Assembly: GCF_006345805.1 (NCBI RefSeq)
Contig: NC_042999.1
Span: 112,654,001-112,718,000 of the forward strand
Length of the DNA: 64,000 nucleotides
Direction: 5' to 3'
Source of the DNA: Octopus sinensis
Taxonomy: Eukaryota
Every line of letters starts with the position of its first letter. Positions within the stretch are counted from its first letter, which is position 1. The notes beneath the pieces were generated by a model. That model saw only the letters and a program-made list of their open reading frames with translations. It was not told where the DNA came from and ran no database searches. A program made the position numbers and the translations under genes. This document shows, one piece after another, positions 38,558 through 51,472 of the stretch.

Positions 38558-41500
38558 TATATACATATGTGGGAGTGGGGTGAGTATGTGTATGTTGGAG
38601 TATGTGTGTGTGTGTACATACTGTCACCTTGTCTTGACATCATGTGATAGTTGTAAACAAGTGTCATCATCAGGCCATGAGAAATATGACCTTGCTTGGA
38701 AACAGATGAAGATTGGTGACAGGAAGGTCATCTGGCTATAGAAAATCTACCTCGACAGCTCCAGCCTAACCCATGCAAGCATGGGCAAATGGGCATTACA
38801 TATTCTGGCCTGCGAGTATAACTACATCAATGAAGGGCCATTCTTTGAATTCCTTCCATGGGAGAGTGATATCTGGTCAATTATATTGCATCTCTTATCT
38901 GTTCATATTGGCATATCCAATGTGATCTGCTACTAGCAAAGACTGGTGTTCATAGCACTTGTTGCAACATTCTAAAACACATACAAAGCCCATGCATTGC
39001 CACATAAAAGCAACCATACAGTACCATGTAAGAGCATCCAGTACACTCCATAAAGTGATTGGCATTAGGAGCCGTAGGAGCCATGCCAAATCAGACTGGA
39101 GTTTGGTGCAAGCTCTGGTCACAGCATCCAACTCAGGCTAGCATGGACAACAGACATTAAATGGTAATGATGATGATGATGATGATGATGACTTCCTGTG
39201 CCGCCATCATCATCATCACCACCGCCGCCACCACTGCCACCACCACCATCATCATCATCAAGGTGGCGAGCTGGCAGAATTGTTAGCACACTGAACGAAA
39301 TGCTTGGGGGTATTTTGCCAGTCGCTCCGTTCTGATTTCAAATTCCGCCGAGGTTGACTTTACCTTTCATCCTTTTGGGGTCAATAAAATAAGTACTAGC
39401 TGAACACTGGTATCAATGTAACCATCTCACACCCTCCTCTAAAAATGCTGCCCTTGTGGCAAAATTTGAAACCATTATTATTATTTAGTGCAAGATCAAG
39501 CATTTATAGAAGCAGATAAGGAGGTTGTGTGAAATGCATGCCTTTCCCCAAATACTTCAGAGTTTTGAGCAAAATGATTTAGGCCCAGCTGCTTATTGAG
39601 ATTTGATTAGAAACTCAGTCTAGAATTCCTGAGGGAAATTACCAATAGATGTCATCCACATGGAGCACAATAGTTAAGTAAATGCCATCATATTAAACTC
39701 ATGTATACTTCTAATTATATATATGTATGTATGTGTGTGTATAGGTGTGTGTGCATGTGCATGTGCTTGTGTGTGCATATGCATGCAAACATATTTAACA
39801 GGTTCATATAGACTTGGATATGGGAAAACTTTTCATTGCAAAAATAGTCTCAAGGGAAAAGAAATCTCCTCATAGATAACATTTGTGAAAATACATCACT
39901 GGACTATGAATGACAGAATCAGAAGGTAGGACACATGCATTTCTGCATCATTATGCTTCATCAGACATGAATGTAACCCAAACGCAATATTCTTTTCTGG
40001 CTCTCATCTCTATTTTCTTTTCTCATTTCCTCGTTTCCTTTTCTTTCATCTTTGTCTCCTGCTGGCCTTTCTTCATTATCCGACAAAGAACTATGTCCAA
40101 AATGTTATATTTTTACACTATAACTTTTACCCTTCTTTGAGCATCAAGCTAATAAGATTAACTGGACAGACAAACATATACACAAGCACACATACAAATA
40201 CATACATATATACTTATATACATGGTTCCTATTCAGTTTCTAGCTATCAAATTTCCTTCATAAGGCATTAGTCATCCCATGGTATTAGAAAATGCATTGT
40301 TAAAGTGGTGTACAATCAGACTGAACCCAGAATCATGTGAAGACAAAGCAAACATCTAAACCATACAGCCATGCCATCATCTATACGTATATATGCATGA
40401 GACAGAGGCAGAATGAAAGAGAACTGAGAGAAAAATCCAAATGTCTATTTTTTCAACACCTGTCTCCCAATTTTTTTATCTATTAAGGTATAATCCTATC
40501 CCTACACACACAATAGATACCCAATTATTCAAAGTGCCCAAGCACACAACAGTAAATGATAGACATTATTCTCCAGCCTTTCAGGGGAAAAGAGCAACTA
40601 AAAAAATATGGAGAGAAAAAAATAAAGCAATCCATATTAAGGTTTAGGAGAAATGGTTTTGAATACATTGTGTGCAGGAGAAGTGAAAGAAATCAATGAG
40701 AGCAGCTGCTGATCAGCATACACACACACACACACACACATATATACACACCATAGTTGCTATGTCAGTAAATTGTTGGAAGTGAGAGAGACAGAAGGTA
40801 GATGACATGTTTCCATGTCCAAACAGACTGTCCATAGTAAATTCCATCTTTGCTGCAGCTGGCTATATAATGACACCAAACAAGGTGCTGGGCTGCTGAT
40901 GTCGACAAGTCTAGTTTACGGCTTTATTGATCATTTGGCACCAGTCTGTATCAGAGTAAAATACAATCTGAATAACACACTTGCCAATCACTGAGCTAGC
41001 ATTCTTTATTAATGAAAATGAAAACTAAAAAAATAATGGATAGAACAGGAAGTAAAGAACATAACAAGTCAATAAAAAAAATCTGTGCTAAGAAGAAGGA
41101 AAAAAATGATAAAATGGGAATTTATATTGGATTCATGGCAGATATTTACCAGGATTAAAGTTGCCTATGGCTAGAACCTGCATGGAAATAAAAAGCAAAT
41201 CCATATGTGTAAATGTGTGTGAGTGGTAAAGTTCTATGGAAATTCTTTTCTACATGGTTTTTTCAGAGAAGGAATTGCTAGAAAGGCAATTCTGTCCATT
41301 TCAAGGATCAATATTATTTAGTTGCTTTAAAATATACCCGTTGCAACATTAAAACTATTTTAATGAATATTTATAGGTATCATAAAACATACATAGACAA
41401 ATTGATATAAGTATATAATTATATATGTATAAGTATATGACATACATATATCACCATCATATCCATTTTTGATGTATATGAGTTGAATATGTCACACAAC

Positions 41501-43206
41501 ATCCCATCACTTGTCTCTGATCTTTCTTATATGACACACACAGCAATAGAGAAAACCAACCATATGTGTTATTGTGTATGTGTGTTAATTTTATTTATCA
41601 TTTCTTCATGAATTTTAGGGTTGGATGCCATTCCTATCTCCAACCACTTAATAGTGAGAACTGGGCACATTTTTTGTATTACTGGAAATAGAGTAGTATC
41701 TTTGACTAGGCATGTATATATACACACATACATACAAACACACAAAGCATACACACACATATACACACACATATATAGGTAAAGGCATGGTTTCATGGCA
41801 AAGAAACATACTTTGCAACTATCTGGTTTCAGGTTCAGTCCCACTGAATGGCACCTTGAGCAATTCTCCAGTAGTTCTGGGTTGACCAATGCCTTGTGAG
41901 TGAATTTTATGGATGGAAAATAAGTGTAAGCCCAATATGCATGTTTGTGTCTATGTTTGTCCCCACTTCACAACCAATGTTGGTTTGCTTAATATTCCTA
42001 TACCTTAGCAGTTTGAAAAAGAAAAAAGCTAATAAACTAAGAACAAGATTTAAAAAAAAAAATCAGTTATTTGTTTGTCACACACGCACACAAACATATA
42101 TACATATACATATATACAACAGGTTTCGTTTCAGTTTTCATCAGCCAAAGCCACACACAAGGCTTTGGTCAGCCCAGGGTTATAGTAAAAGACATTTACC
42201 CAAGGTGTCATGCAGTGGGATTGAACCCAGAACCATATGGTTAGGAAGTGAGCTTCTTGTTGTTGTGTGGTAAGCTTGCTTCCCATTTCAGTCCCACTTT
42301 GTGGCACCTTGGCCAAGTATCTTCTACTATAGCTTTGTGAGTAGATTTGATAGATGGAAACGGAAATAAGCCCATCATACATATCTGTATATATCTATGT
42401 ATGTGTCTTTGTGTATGTGTTTGTTCCCCACCACCACTTGATAATTGGTGTTGGTTTGTTTATGTCCCCATAACTTAGCAGTTCTGTAAAAGAGACTGAA
42501 AGAATAAGTACCAGGCTTAAAAAAAAATAGTACTGGGGTTGATTTGTTTGACTAAACCAATGCGGGGAAACCCCTGCCCATGGGCACAATTGCACCTGCA
42601 AGCCCATTTTATTGTGCCTGCAGGCTGTACAAAATATAGTAAATTTTTCAATTACAAAATTTATACAATGTTCATATGCCTATTTGCGACATAAGTCACA
42701 TTTCTACTAGGACTTAAAAGGGTTAGACTCAAACAGAAAATCATCTGGTAATTGCCATTTAAATGGAAATTTTGTTTACACAATAAAACACATATTTCTA
42801 GGTTTGTACCATCCCTTGGAAACCCATCTACCCTCTAGCTGAAAAATATAGAATACTTCATAGGTAATATAAACGTCCTAAATTCAGTGGTAGCATTAAT
42901 AAAGATGTTATGCATTAATTTAATGTGTTAAACTTACCTTTATTAATGTATATCAAATTATACATAGATATATATACAAGATTTGCATGGATATAAGAGT
43001 TAGTACTTGTGAAGTGCCCGCGGACCATTTTCTTTGGAAATTTTTGCCCACCACACTAAAAAGTTTCCTCACCCCTGGACTAAACCCTCTAAGGTAGTGC
43101 CTCAGCATGGTCACAGTCTAATGACTGCAACAAGTAAAAGTAAAAGAATATATATATATATAAAACAAAGTGAAATTGTAAGGTACCACACGAGTGGAAA
43201 TATATA

Positions 43207-43533
43207 TGAAAGAAGGTTTGAAAATGCAATTTTAAAGATGTTTATTCACTTGACCGGTTTCACTTTTTTAGAAAAAGATTGTCAAAAGTAAAATGGAACT
43301 AATACCTTTTGTTTAGTATTTTCTCAGATATTTCCTTGTAAACTGTTTTTAACATTTTCCTATTATTATCAAAGAATGTATATATGTATTTTAATATTTT
43401 GTGACAACTAGTACTTAACACAACAAAGCTTATACAAAGTTTTACATTTTACTTTTGACAATCTTTTTCTAAAAAAGTGAAATCGGTCAAGTAAATAAAC
43501 ATCTTTAAAACTGCATTTTCAAACCTTCTTTCA
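43207..43533. mobile_element. MITE with about 90-bp TIRs
   Basis: 43207-43295 is a near-perfect reverse complement of 43445-43533, with TA on both sides. Confidence 0.8.
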
Positions 43534-44080
43534 TATATATATATACCTTTTACTTGCTGGGAACTGCCTTATTCCATTTTTTGCCAGACCAGTAAGTTAT
43601 AGAGACGTAAGCAAACCAACACCAGTTGTCAAGCAGTATGGTGGGGGGGGGGGACACAAACACATACACATATATGTATCAAAATCATAATTTAACATCT
43701 TCCTTCCATGCAGGCATGGGTTGTAAGCTTTTACAGGAACTGGCAAGTTAGAAGACTGTGCCAAGCTTCAGTGTCTGCTTTGGCATGGTTTCTGTAGCTG
43801 GATGTGCTTCTTAATGCTAACAACTTTACAGAATGTACTGGGTGATGTTTTACTTGGGGCCAAGTAACTTGCAAGACAAGACCCTGCCCTCAACTGATAG
43901 AGGAGTAGTATTAAGAGAGGTTGGTTTGTGCCAGGTGATGAGAAGTGAGAGTATGAATAGAACAGAAAGAGGTGTCTTGCAGTAGAAGAGATACATGGCT
44001 ACCTCAGCTGGGGAGAGAAAGTGAGTTACAGGAGAGAAGATTGTGAAGATGTGATAGGGATTCTCAATATATACAATATA

Positions 44081-44130
<50 letters not shown>

Positions 44131-44479
44131 TGCATGTGTGTGTGTGTGTGTGTGTGCATGTTAGTGAGTTTCTTTGTGTACACGTTTGTTCATTGATTGT
44201 AAACAATAGCATCACCAACAATAGTATTTGCATGCAATCAACCATGTAAGTCCTCAGTATCTTCACATGTTGCATGGTCTTTGTGAACAAAAGGCTCATT
44301 CATTCAGTGTTGTCTATTTCTATTTCTCTTCATATGTCTGGGCTATTTATTGCTCAAAAGGTAAATAATCTAGCTGTTGAAAAATGCTGCACCAACATAC
44401 CCTTGTCTAACCCATGGAAGCATGGAAAAGTAGTCACTGAAACAATGATATATGTAAATGTACTATTATTATTATTATT

Positions 44480-45175
44480 AAGGAGGGGAGCTGGCAGAAT
44501 CATTAGCCCGTTGGATGAAATGCTTAGCATTATTTCATGTGTCTTCAAGTTCTGAGTTCAAATGCCATTGGGGTCAACTTTGCCTTTCACCCTTTCAGGG
44601 TTGGTGAAATAAGTACCAGTTGAGCACTGGGGTCAATGTAATCAATTTATTCCCTCTGCCAAAATTTCAGGCCCTGTGCCTATAGTAGAAAGGATTATTA
44701 TTATTATCATTATTATTATTATTATTATTATAATTATTATTATTATTATTAAGGCAGCGAGCTGGTAGAATCGTTAGCACACTGGATGAAATGCTTAGCG
44801 GTATTTTAACCATCACTACATTCTGAGTTCAAATTCCGCAGAGGTCAACTTTGCCTTTCATCTTTTCAGGATCGATAAAATAAGTACCAGTGAAACACTG
44901 GGGTCAATGTAATTGACTTATCCCCTCCCCCAAAATGGTTGCCCTTGTGACAAAATTTGAAACCATTATTATTACTATTATTATTAAGGTGATGAGCTGA
45001 CAGAATCGTTAGCACGCTGGATGAAATGCTCGTCACTACATTCTGAGTTCAAATTCTGCCTCTCATCCTTATGGGGTCAATAAATTAAGTGCCAGTGAAA
45101 CACTGGGGTTGATGTAATTGACTATTCCCTCCCCAAAAATTTCAGGCCTTGTGCCTATAGTAGAAAGGATTGTTG
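44480..45175 (+). mobile_element. Three head-to-tail copies of tRNA-derived SINE family B
   Basis: Copies start at 44480, 44751 and 44986 (AAGGYRRYGAGCTG...TTCTGAGTTCAAAT), each ending in (ATT)n or (GTT)n. Other copies lie at about 19455-19690 (-), 23770-24040 (-), 25860, 27995 and 39260. Confidence 0.85.
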
Positions 45176-45254
45176 TTGTTGTTGTTATTCAGTAGAAGTT
45201 ACAAAGTGATTCAAGAGTTGAGAGTTTCATGTAGACACTTTCAGACCTATATAA

Positions 45255-45623
45255 TCTCTCTCTATATATAAACGGCAAAATGTCTGTGTGTGTGTGTCCT
45301 TTATATAAATCCACAATTTTTCAGTTAGAGCGCTAGCACTTTCTATAGTCATTCAAAACCATCCAAGGGTGGTCGTGCACATCTTTACATTTCCCCAGTC
45401 ACCCCGCAAAGCCACTAAAAAATCAATAGAAGTGATTTTTTTTGTGAATTTTCTATCCAAAACCCAATCAAAATGCCCGAAACTTGATACGCCAATTGAA
45501 TGCCAGCTAGCTGTATGTGACTGGTCGGAGATTTGGACAGTACTCACATGTATGTGCGCACGCACGCAGCTGTATATGCATTCACTAGCACTATGATCCG
45601 GCATTGCCAGGTCATAGAGCTAG
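45255..45623 (+). mobile_element. Non-autonomous Helitron-type element
   Basis: Starts A|TC and ends CTAG|T. It has a decayed subterminal hairpin CCGGCATTGCCAGG and a (GT)-rich 5' microsatellite. Confidence 0.7.
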
Positions 45624-45805
45624 TACTTAATAGAAATGCGCAGAAAACAGATTTCCACAAATGCCAAGGAGTATCCTTAGAGATAGCAGATAATTTCTGT
45701 TACCTAGTAATCTAATTAGCAGTGGAAAAATATGCTCCAAAACTGTTATCACTACAATAAAAACTGGAGAAAATTCTGATTTACTTCCTCCATTTGTAAC
45801 AAAAG

Positions 45806-46265
45806 GCCTCTCTCTCTCAGAGTGAAAGACAGATTGTATGGTGCTTGTGCATGAACAACAATACTAGAGGGTAGTGAAATGTGGCTATGAAGGCAGAGGA
45901 CATGTGAAAGCTAGAAAGAAAAACCAGGATGTCCCACTGGATGTGCAACATCAGTGTGCATATACAACAAAGTGCAAATGTATTCAGAGAAAAGTTAAGC
46001 ATGAAGGGCATCAGATGTATGCAAGAGAGAAAACTACATTGGTACGGTCATGTGGTATGTATGGATAAGGAGAGCTACATAAAGAAGTGCCAATTACTAA
46101 ATATGGATGGAACCTGTGGAAGAGGAAGACCTTGAAAGCTAATAGGATGAAGTAATGAACACTAACCTCCAAATATGAAGCCCCACAGGAGATGACAAAG
46201 GACTGAGGTAATTGGTGATTTGCTTTGCTCAAGAAGACCCAATCATCTAAACAAAAAGGAGTCCC
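45806..46265 (+). mobile_element. Decayed RTE 3' ORF fragment
   Basis: ERKLHWYGHVVCMDKESYIKKCQ...GTCGRGRP is homologous to the RTE copies at 34.4 and 52.4 kb. Confidence 0.75.
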
Positions 46266-48158
46266 TAAAAGCATATCATTTATGTGCCTGGCACCCAGAT
46301 TGTATCTGACAACTGATCTTCCTAACACCTAGCTCTCCATCATTCTTTTGACTACATCACAATCCATTCAGCTGCTGCAATTACAAGAGCAGAACTACAC
46401 ATATTTCATTTCCATACTACTTACATTCCTTGGTACCACTTTTGTCTCCTTACTACTCACATTCCCTGGAACCACTTCTTTTGTTTCCCACCTTCCTCTG
46501 TATCATTCCTTACCACCTTGGTTTCTACTGGACAACACTTTCACCAACCTCTTTCTCCTGTACACCATTGCATTTTGTCTACGACAGCCTCTCTCACCTC
46601 CATTCCCCACCCCTACTCTGTTCGTTTGACTATTTCCATCCCTACATACCTATAACCTTGTCCCTAGCACTTGTACATCTCTCACACCCCATCCCACACA
46701 CTTTACATCATCTGTGCTGCCATCTCCACCCACTCCTACTTCCTCCATCTTCCTTCACCAAAAAAATAAACTGATATTCATGACTGACTGCATCTCCGCC
46801 CATGTTCACTATTCACTGCATTCACTCCTATCTCCATATCTAAACACCTGCCATTCTCCTTCCACACTCTTGCCAGTTTACACATCCACTCACCTTGCCC
46901 AATCCTCTGTATCACTTCTCTTATATTCACCTCATTGTAACTTGAATGTACACCCTGACACATCTTCACCACTACCTTCTCTTTACTAACTGGGATAACC
47001 TTGCATCTCTTCTACAGCAAGACACTTGTTCCTATCCTTCAATCATACTTTAACATTTCATCATCTAGCACCAAGCCGCATCCCTCAATACTGTATGCAT
47101 CCTCTCACCCATCCCCCATCTCAGTTGAGATGGTCTTGTCTTACGAGTTACTTGATAATCCCACTAGTACCAGTGCCATGTAAAAAGCACCCTGTACACT
47201 CTGTAAAGTAGTTGGCATCAGAAAGAGAATCCAGTCATATAAATTATACCAAAGCAGATATTGAAGACTGATGCAAGCCTCTGGCTCACTGGCTCCTGTC
47301 AAACAGTCCAACATAAGCCAGCATGGAAAACAGACTTTAGATAGTGATGACAATGATGATGACTCAATAGTACCAGTTGAGCAATGGGGTCAATGTAATC
47401 AATTTATTCCCTCTGCCAAAATGGTAATGTGACAACAAAGTTCACTTTGCAACTGTATGATTCTGGCTTCAGTCACACTGTATGGCAGTTTGAACAAGTG
47501 TCTTCTACTATAGCCTCAATATGACCAATCCTTGTAAAAGGAATTAATACACAGAAACAGAGAAGCTCACTGTATGTATGTAGGTGCTTATTTTAGCGTG
47601 TGTGTATATGTACATATGGATGAAGGTCATTGCATATGATCTTAAGCACTCTGAATAAAAAGGTGCTTTTGTTTACAACTTCCAGTAAGCAAAACATCCC
47701 ATAGTTTCAACTTTCAATATGCCAGGACCAATGGAATGAAATAATAACTTACTAGGGAATAAGTGGAATTTGGTAAGAGGAAGAGCATCCAACTGTAGAA
47801 AATTTGTCACAAAAGTTATGTCTAACCCATACCGGCATATACGTATGTATAAGTGTGTTAGTGTGTTTATGTGTGTGTCTGTGTGTGTGTGTGTGTGTAT
47901 GTACACACACACTTATACAAATATATGTGTAGGCACGTTTAATTCTTGAATCACTTGTATAAATGTGTGTTGTTGTTCCTGCCAACAAATCATCTGGGCA
48001 TTTTCTGCCTGCAAAGCTGTGTAGAATGAGTGAATCCATGCTTCAAAAACAAGTAATGGTTAGCATAAGAAAGAGCATCCAGCTGTCAAACAATACCTTA
48101 AATAATATATTTGTTATTCACCCAACCCATGCAAGCATTTACTTATATATACATATAC

Positions 48159-48201
<43 letters not shown>

Positions 48202-49036
48202 TGCATATATCTATTAATGTATGCATGTATATATGTACATATATTTTTTGCAGTCTTTATTAATGACAAACGAAGGAGACAGCTTTCAAGTAGGCACTCT
48301 ATACATATTAAGAAATTTAAGCTATACAATTTTATTAGACATACTACATTACAGCTGTTTCAATCAAACATGACAAAATTGCTTAGTTGAAACAAAGTAA
48401 TCTGGCATCTCTAATATGTGTTTATGTGTGTAATAACTAAAATACTAGCTCCTACACACTGGGTTCACAATGTACACACTAACTAAAAACACACACAAAC
48501 ATCAGCACAACAGACCCATACATATTAGTCCATAAATACCAACACAGAAACACACACAGACACACCTTAATAGCACATAAGTACACACACAATTTATTCA
48601 AATGATCTGCAAACTTCATAGTCACCTCCTCTAAACACACACTCATATACCTGAACACTACACAGATACATACACAAGCACACATGCATAATTTACACAC
48701 AGTTTCATCTCCTGTTGCTTTTTATGTATTCATTCTCTCTCACTTTGTCTTTCACCTCTGTCATTTTTAATATAACATCGCTGATTGACTCCAGTTTTTA
48801 TTTTTCCTTCCTCTACACTATTTCCTTCTAATAAATACCTAACTTTCTTTAAAAAAAAAAACTTTCAGCTCAAAATGTCAAAGACACTTATTTCTTAATT
48901 TTTCATTGAACATCAAACTAATAAATAATTACATTTTCTTTTCCACTTCTGATAGAGAGAGAGAGAGAGAGAGAGGGGGTGTGTGTGTGTGTGTGTGCAT
49001 ATATATATATATATATATAATATATATATATATATA

Positions 49037-49197
49037 CCGTATTTTAACATGTATAAGGAACCGTTTTTGTCAAAAATTAGGTTAAAAAATATGGGAATTT
49101 CTTATACATGGATAGTATTATAATCCCTTACAAAACCTTTTTTTCCAAATTTTAAGCCCCAAAAATCAGGGGACTCCTTATACACATTAAAATACAG
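49037..49197. mobile_element. pogo/Tigger-type MITE
   Basis: TA|CCGTATTTTAACATGTATAAGG ... CCTTATACACATTAAAATACAG|TA: about 22-bp imperfect TIRs with a TA TSD. Confidence 0.75.
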
Positions 49198-50699
49198 TAT
49201 GTGTGTGAGCACATGCGCACACACACACCAGTACATTCACAGATTTATCTGGCAAATATATATATATACATACACACACATACACGTATATATATATACA
49301 TATATGTACCTGTGTGTGCACGCGTGCCATCATAACCATTATCATCATCAATTTGTGTCTACTTTCCATGCTGGCATGGGTTAGATGGCCCAATAGGATG
49401 TTGTATGCTGGAGAACCGTGTTTTGCCCTGACATCTCAATTTTGTCATGGTTATCCTTCCTAATATCAACCACTCTACAGAGTACAATGCATCTTTGAAA
49501 TGCTGTCATGCCCTTGGCAAGACAAAATAGTCCTCTCAGCCTATATAGTCACTTCTTGATTTGCCAGCCATACTGTACTGGGTGCATAGCTGTTAAGGAG
49601 GTGGGGAGGGACATTTAGTAACAACTAAGAGTGAGAACAGGAGAGAGATTGAGAACTTTAGGCAGGGTGTGAAGAAGCTAAAGAATGATGGAATGAACAT
49701 GTTTATTGTTGTAAGACAGTGGTAAGAGAGAGACTAGCAATTACATTGTTAGGGAAGCTAGTAATAGAAGGGAAAGAGGAAAGAATAGTGCCAGTGGTTA
49801 GAGAGAGGCAGAGAGTGACAAGGATGGAGGAATGTAGGAAGAGATTCAGCATTACTCCACATTATATATATATGACTGGATGGAGTGTGCATGAAAGAGA
49901 TAAAGATTATGGTGACAAGGAGATAGAGCATACCCACAAAAATAACATATTCAAAGTGAATAGATAAAGGACAGAAGGATCAGGAAGGATGGGAAAATGT
50001 AAAAATGTAAACCCTCTTAACACAGCATCATGATTCAGGAGAATAGAAGGAAGAGAATAGAAGGAAGAGCTATGGGTAGTTGAGATGGGGGAGGGGATAT
50101 TCAGCAGTATACAGAGATTAAGTGCATTCCTCTCAACTATGGGTGGCATGGTATGGTACGGTTTGAAAAAGAAAAGAGATCTTGTGGGAATTTTCTAGTT
50201 AGGAAAAGAGGTATTGGGAAGATATGAAGGTACAAAATAGGCAAGAAGGATGTATACTTGTACACTACCCAACTATATGCAACTATTTTAACAAGCATAT
50301 TATCAAGCTTGCACAGGAGATTGGGTCTTCTGCAGCACTGCTAGTCATCGTGGTTCTGTATCACCTCCAGATGTAGTATCTTGAGATTGTATTTGACAAC
50401 TTCATCCCAAATTTTCCTCAGTTTACAAGTACTATTCACTTCCAGTGCTCAATACTTGTTTAACTGTCAACTGCCATTCACATCATGTAGCCATACGATG
50501 ACAGTCTCCTCTCTTGCATGCTACCTCTGATTCCTCTTATACCCAATTTGCTTCACAGTTCAGTTATACTTCATTGTTCATGCACATTAATATAGAACAC
50601 ACAACAAAGTATGCTTGCTGGCCTACATCTCACTGTCATGCAGTAACACACTCTGCACACTCCCAAAATTTCTCCAACCCATTCTTATTCAAGCTACCT

Positions 50700-51470
50700 C
50701 ACTTTGGAATACCTACTCAACTGCAGATTAAATCACTTAGGTAATAAAATTCATCAGCTACTTCTAGGTAGCTGCCCAGGAAATTGAGAGAACCTATTTC
50801 CCAAGGGATGTTAATGTTTATTACCTTAGTGCACCTGCAATATATAAAATGTATCTTTTCTGCTAGCCTGCCTGTGATCCCACTACACCTTCCCTGTGTC
50901 CATAATTTATACTGAGCAGATTTTAAGGAATTTCTATTAACTCCTTTCTTATATATCAAACACAGCCATTTCCCTGGTGCTATAAGGGTCCTGTCTCCCT
51001 TCCTACTTACTAAAACTTTTGTGTACTAAAAAATTTCAGTTAAGGCCTACCAATTGCAAGTTTCTGGAAATTTTGCATCAATTCTATCATAAATATACTG
51101 CCAAAGGCAACCAGTCTTAAATTTCTCTGTTATGGGTTAGATGGCTGGAATGAAAAAAAAAATTTGAAGACTAATCCCTAATAAATCCCTACCTGCACAC
51201 TGAATTCATTGCTGACTGAACTCTGTACATAGCTTACACAGCTCTAATAAGCCATACAAAGTTTTCTTAATGAACGCCAAATCAGAGAGTGGAGAACTTT
51301 AACACAGGCCCCTCCAGGTATAAGGCACCTCTAGGTATAAGGGTTTACTCCTAGCTATGTATTTTTCTTTCAGGTGTCTTACTAGGAATATGGCATCCGT
51401 AATACTTTTTGGGACAAAGCTCAACTGCATCATCATCCTATTTGGTTTTGCAATAATTCTTTCTGCAATC
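50700..51470 (-). pseudogene. Old RTE reverse-transcriptase fragment
   Basis: MQLSFVPKSITDAIFLVRHLKEKYIARSKPLYL resembles the RT motif-2 region preceding EKAFD. It is heavily decayed downstream. Confidence 0.7.
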
Positions 51471-51472
51471 TT

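Noticed and set aside
39925-39970. Minus-strand CTGATGA-AGCATAATGATGCA-GAAA hammerhead-like string
   Set aside because: Stem II closes with an A-A mismatch and no stem I can form, so it is likely chance.
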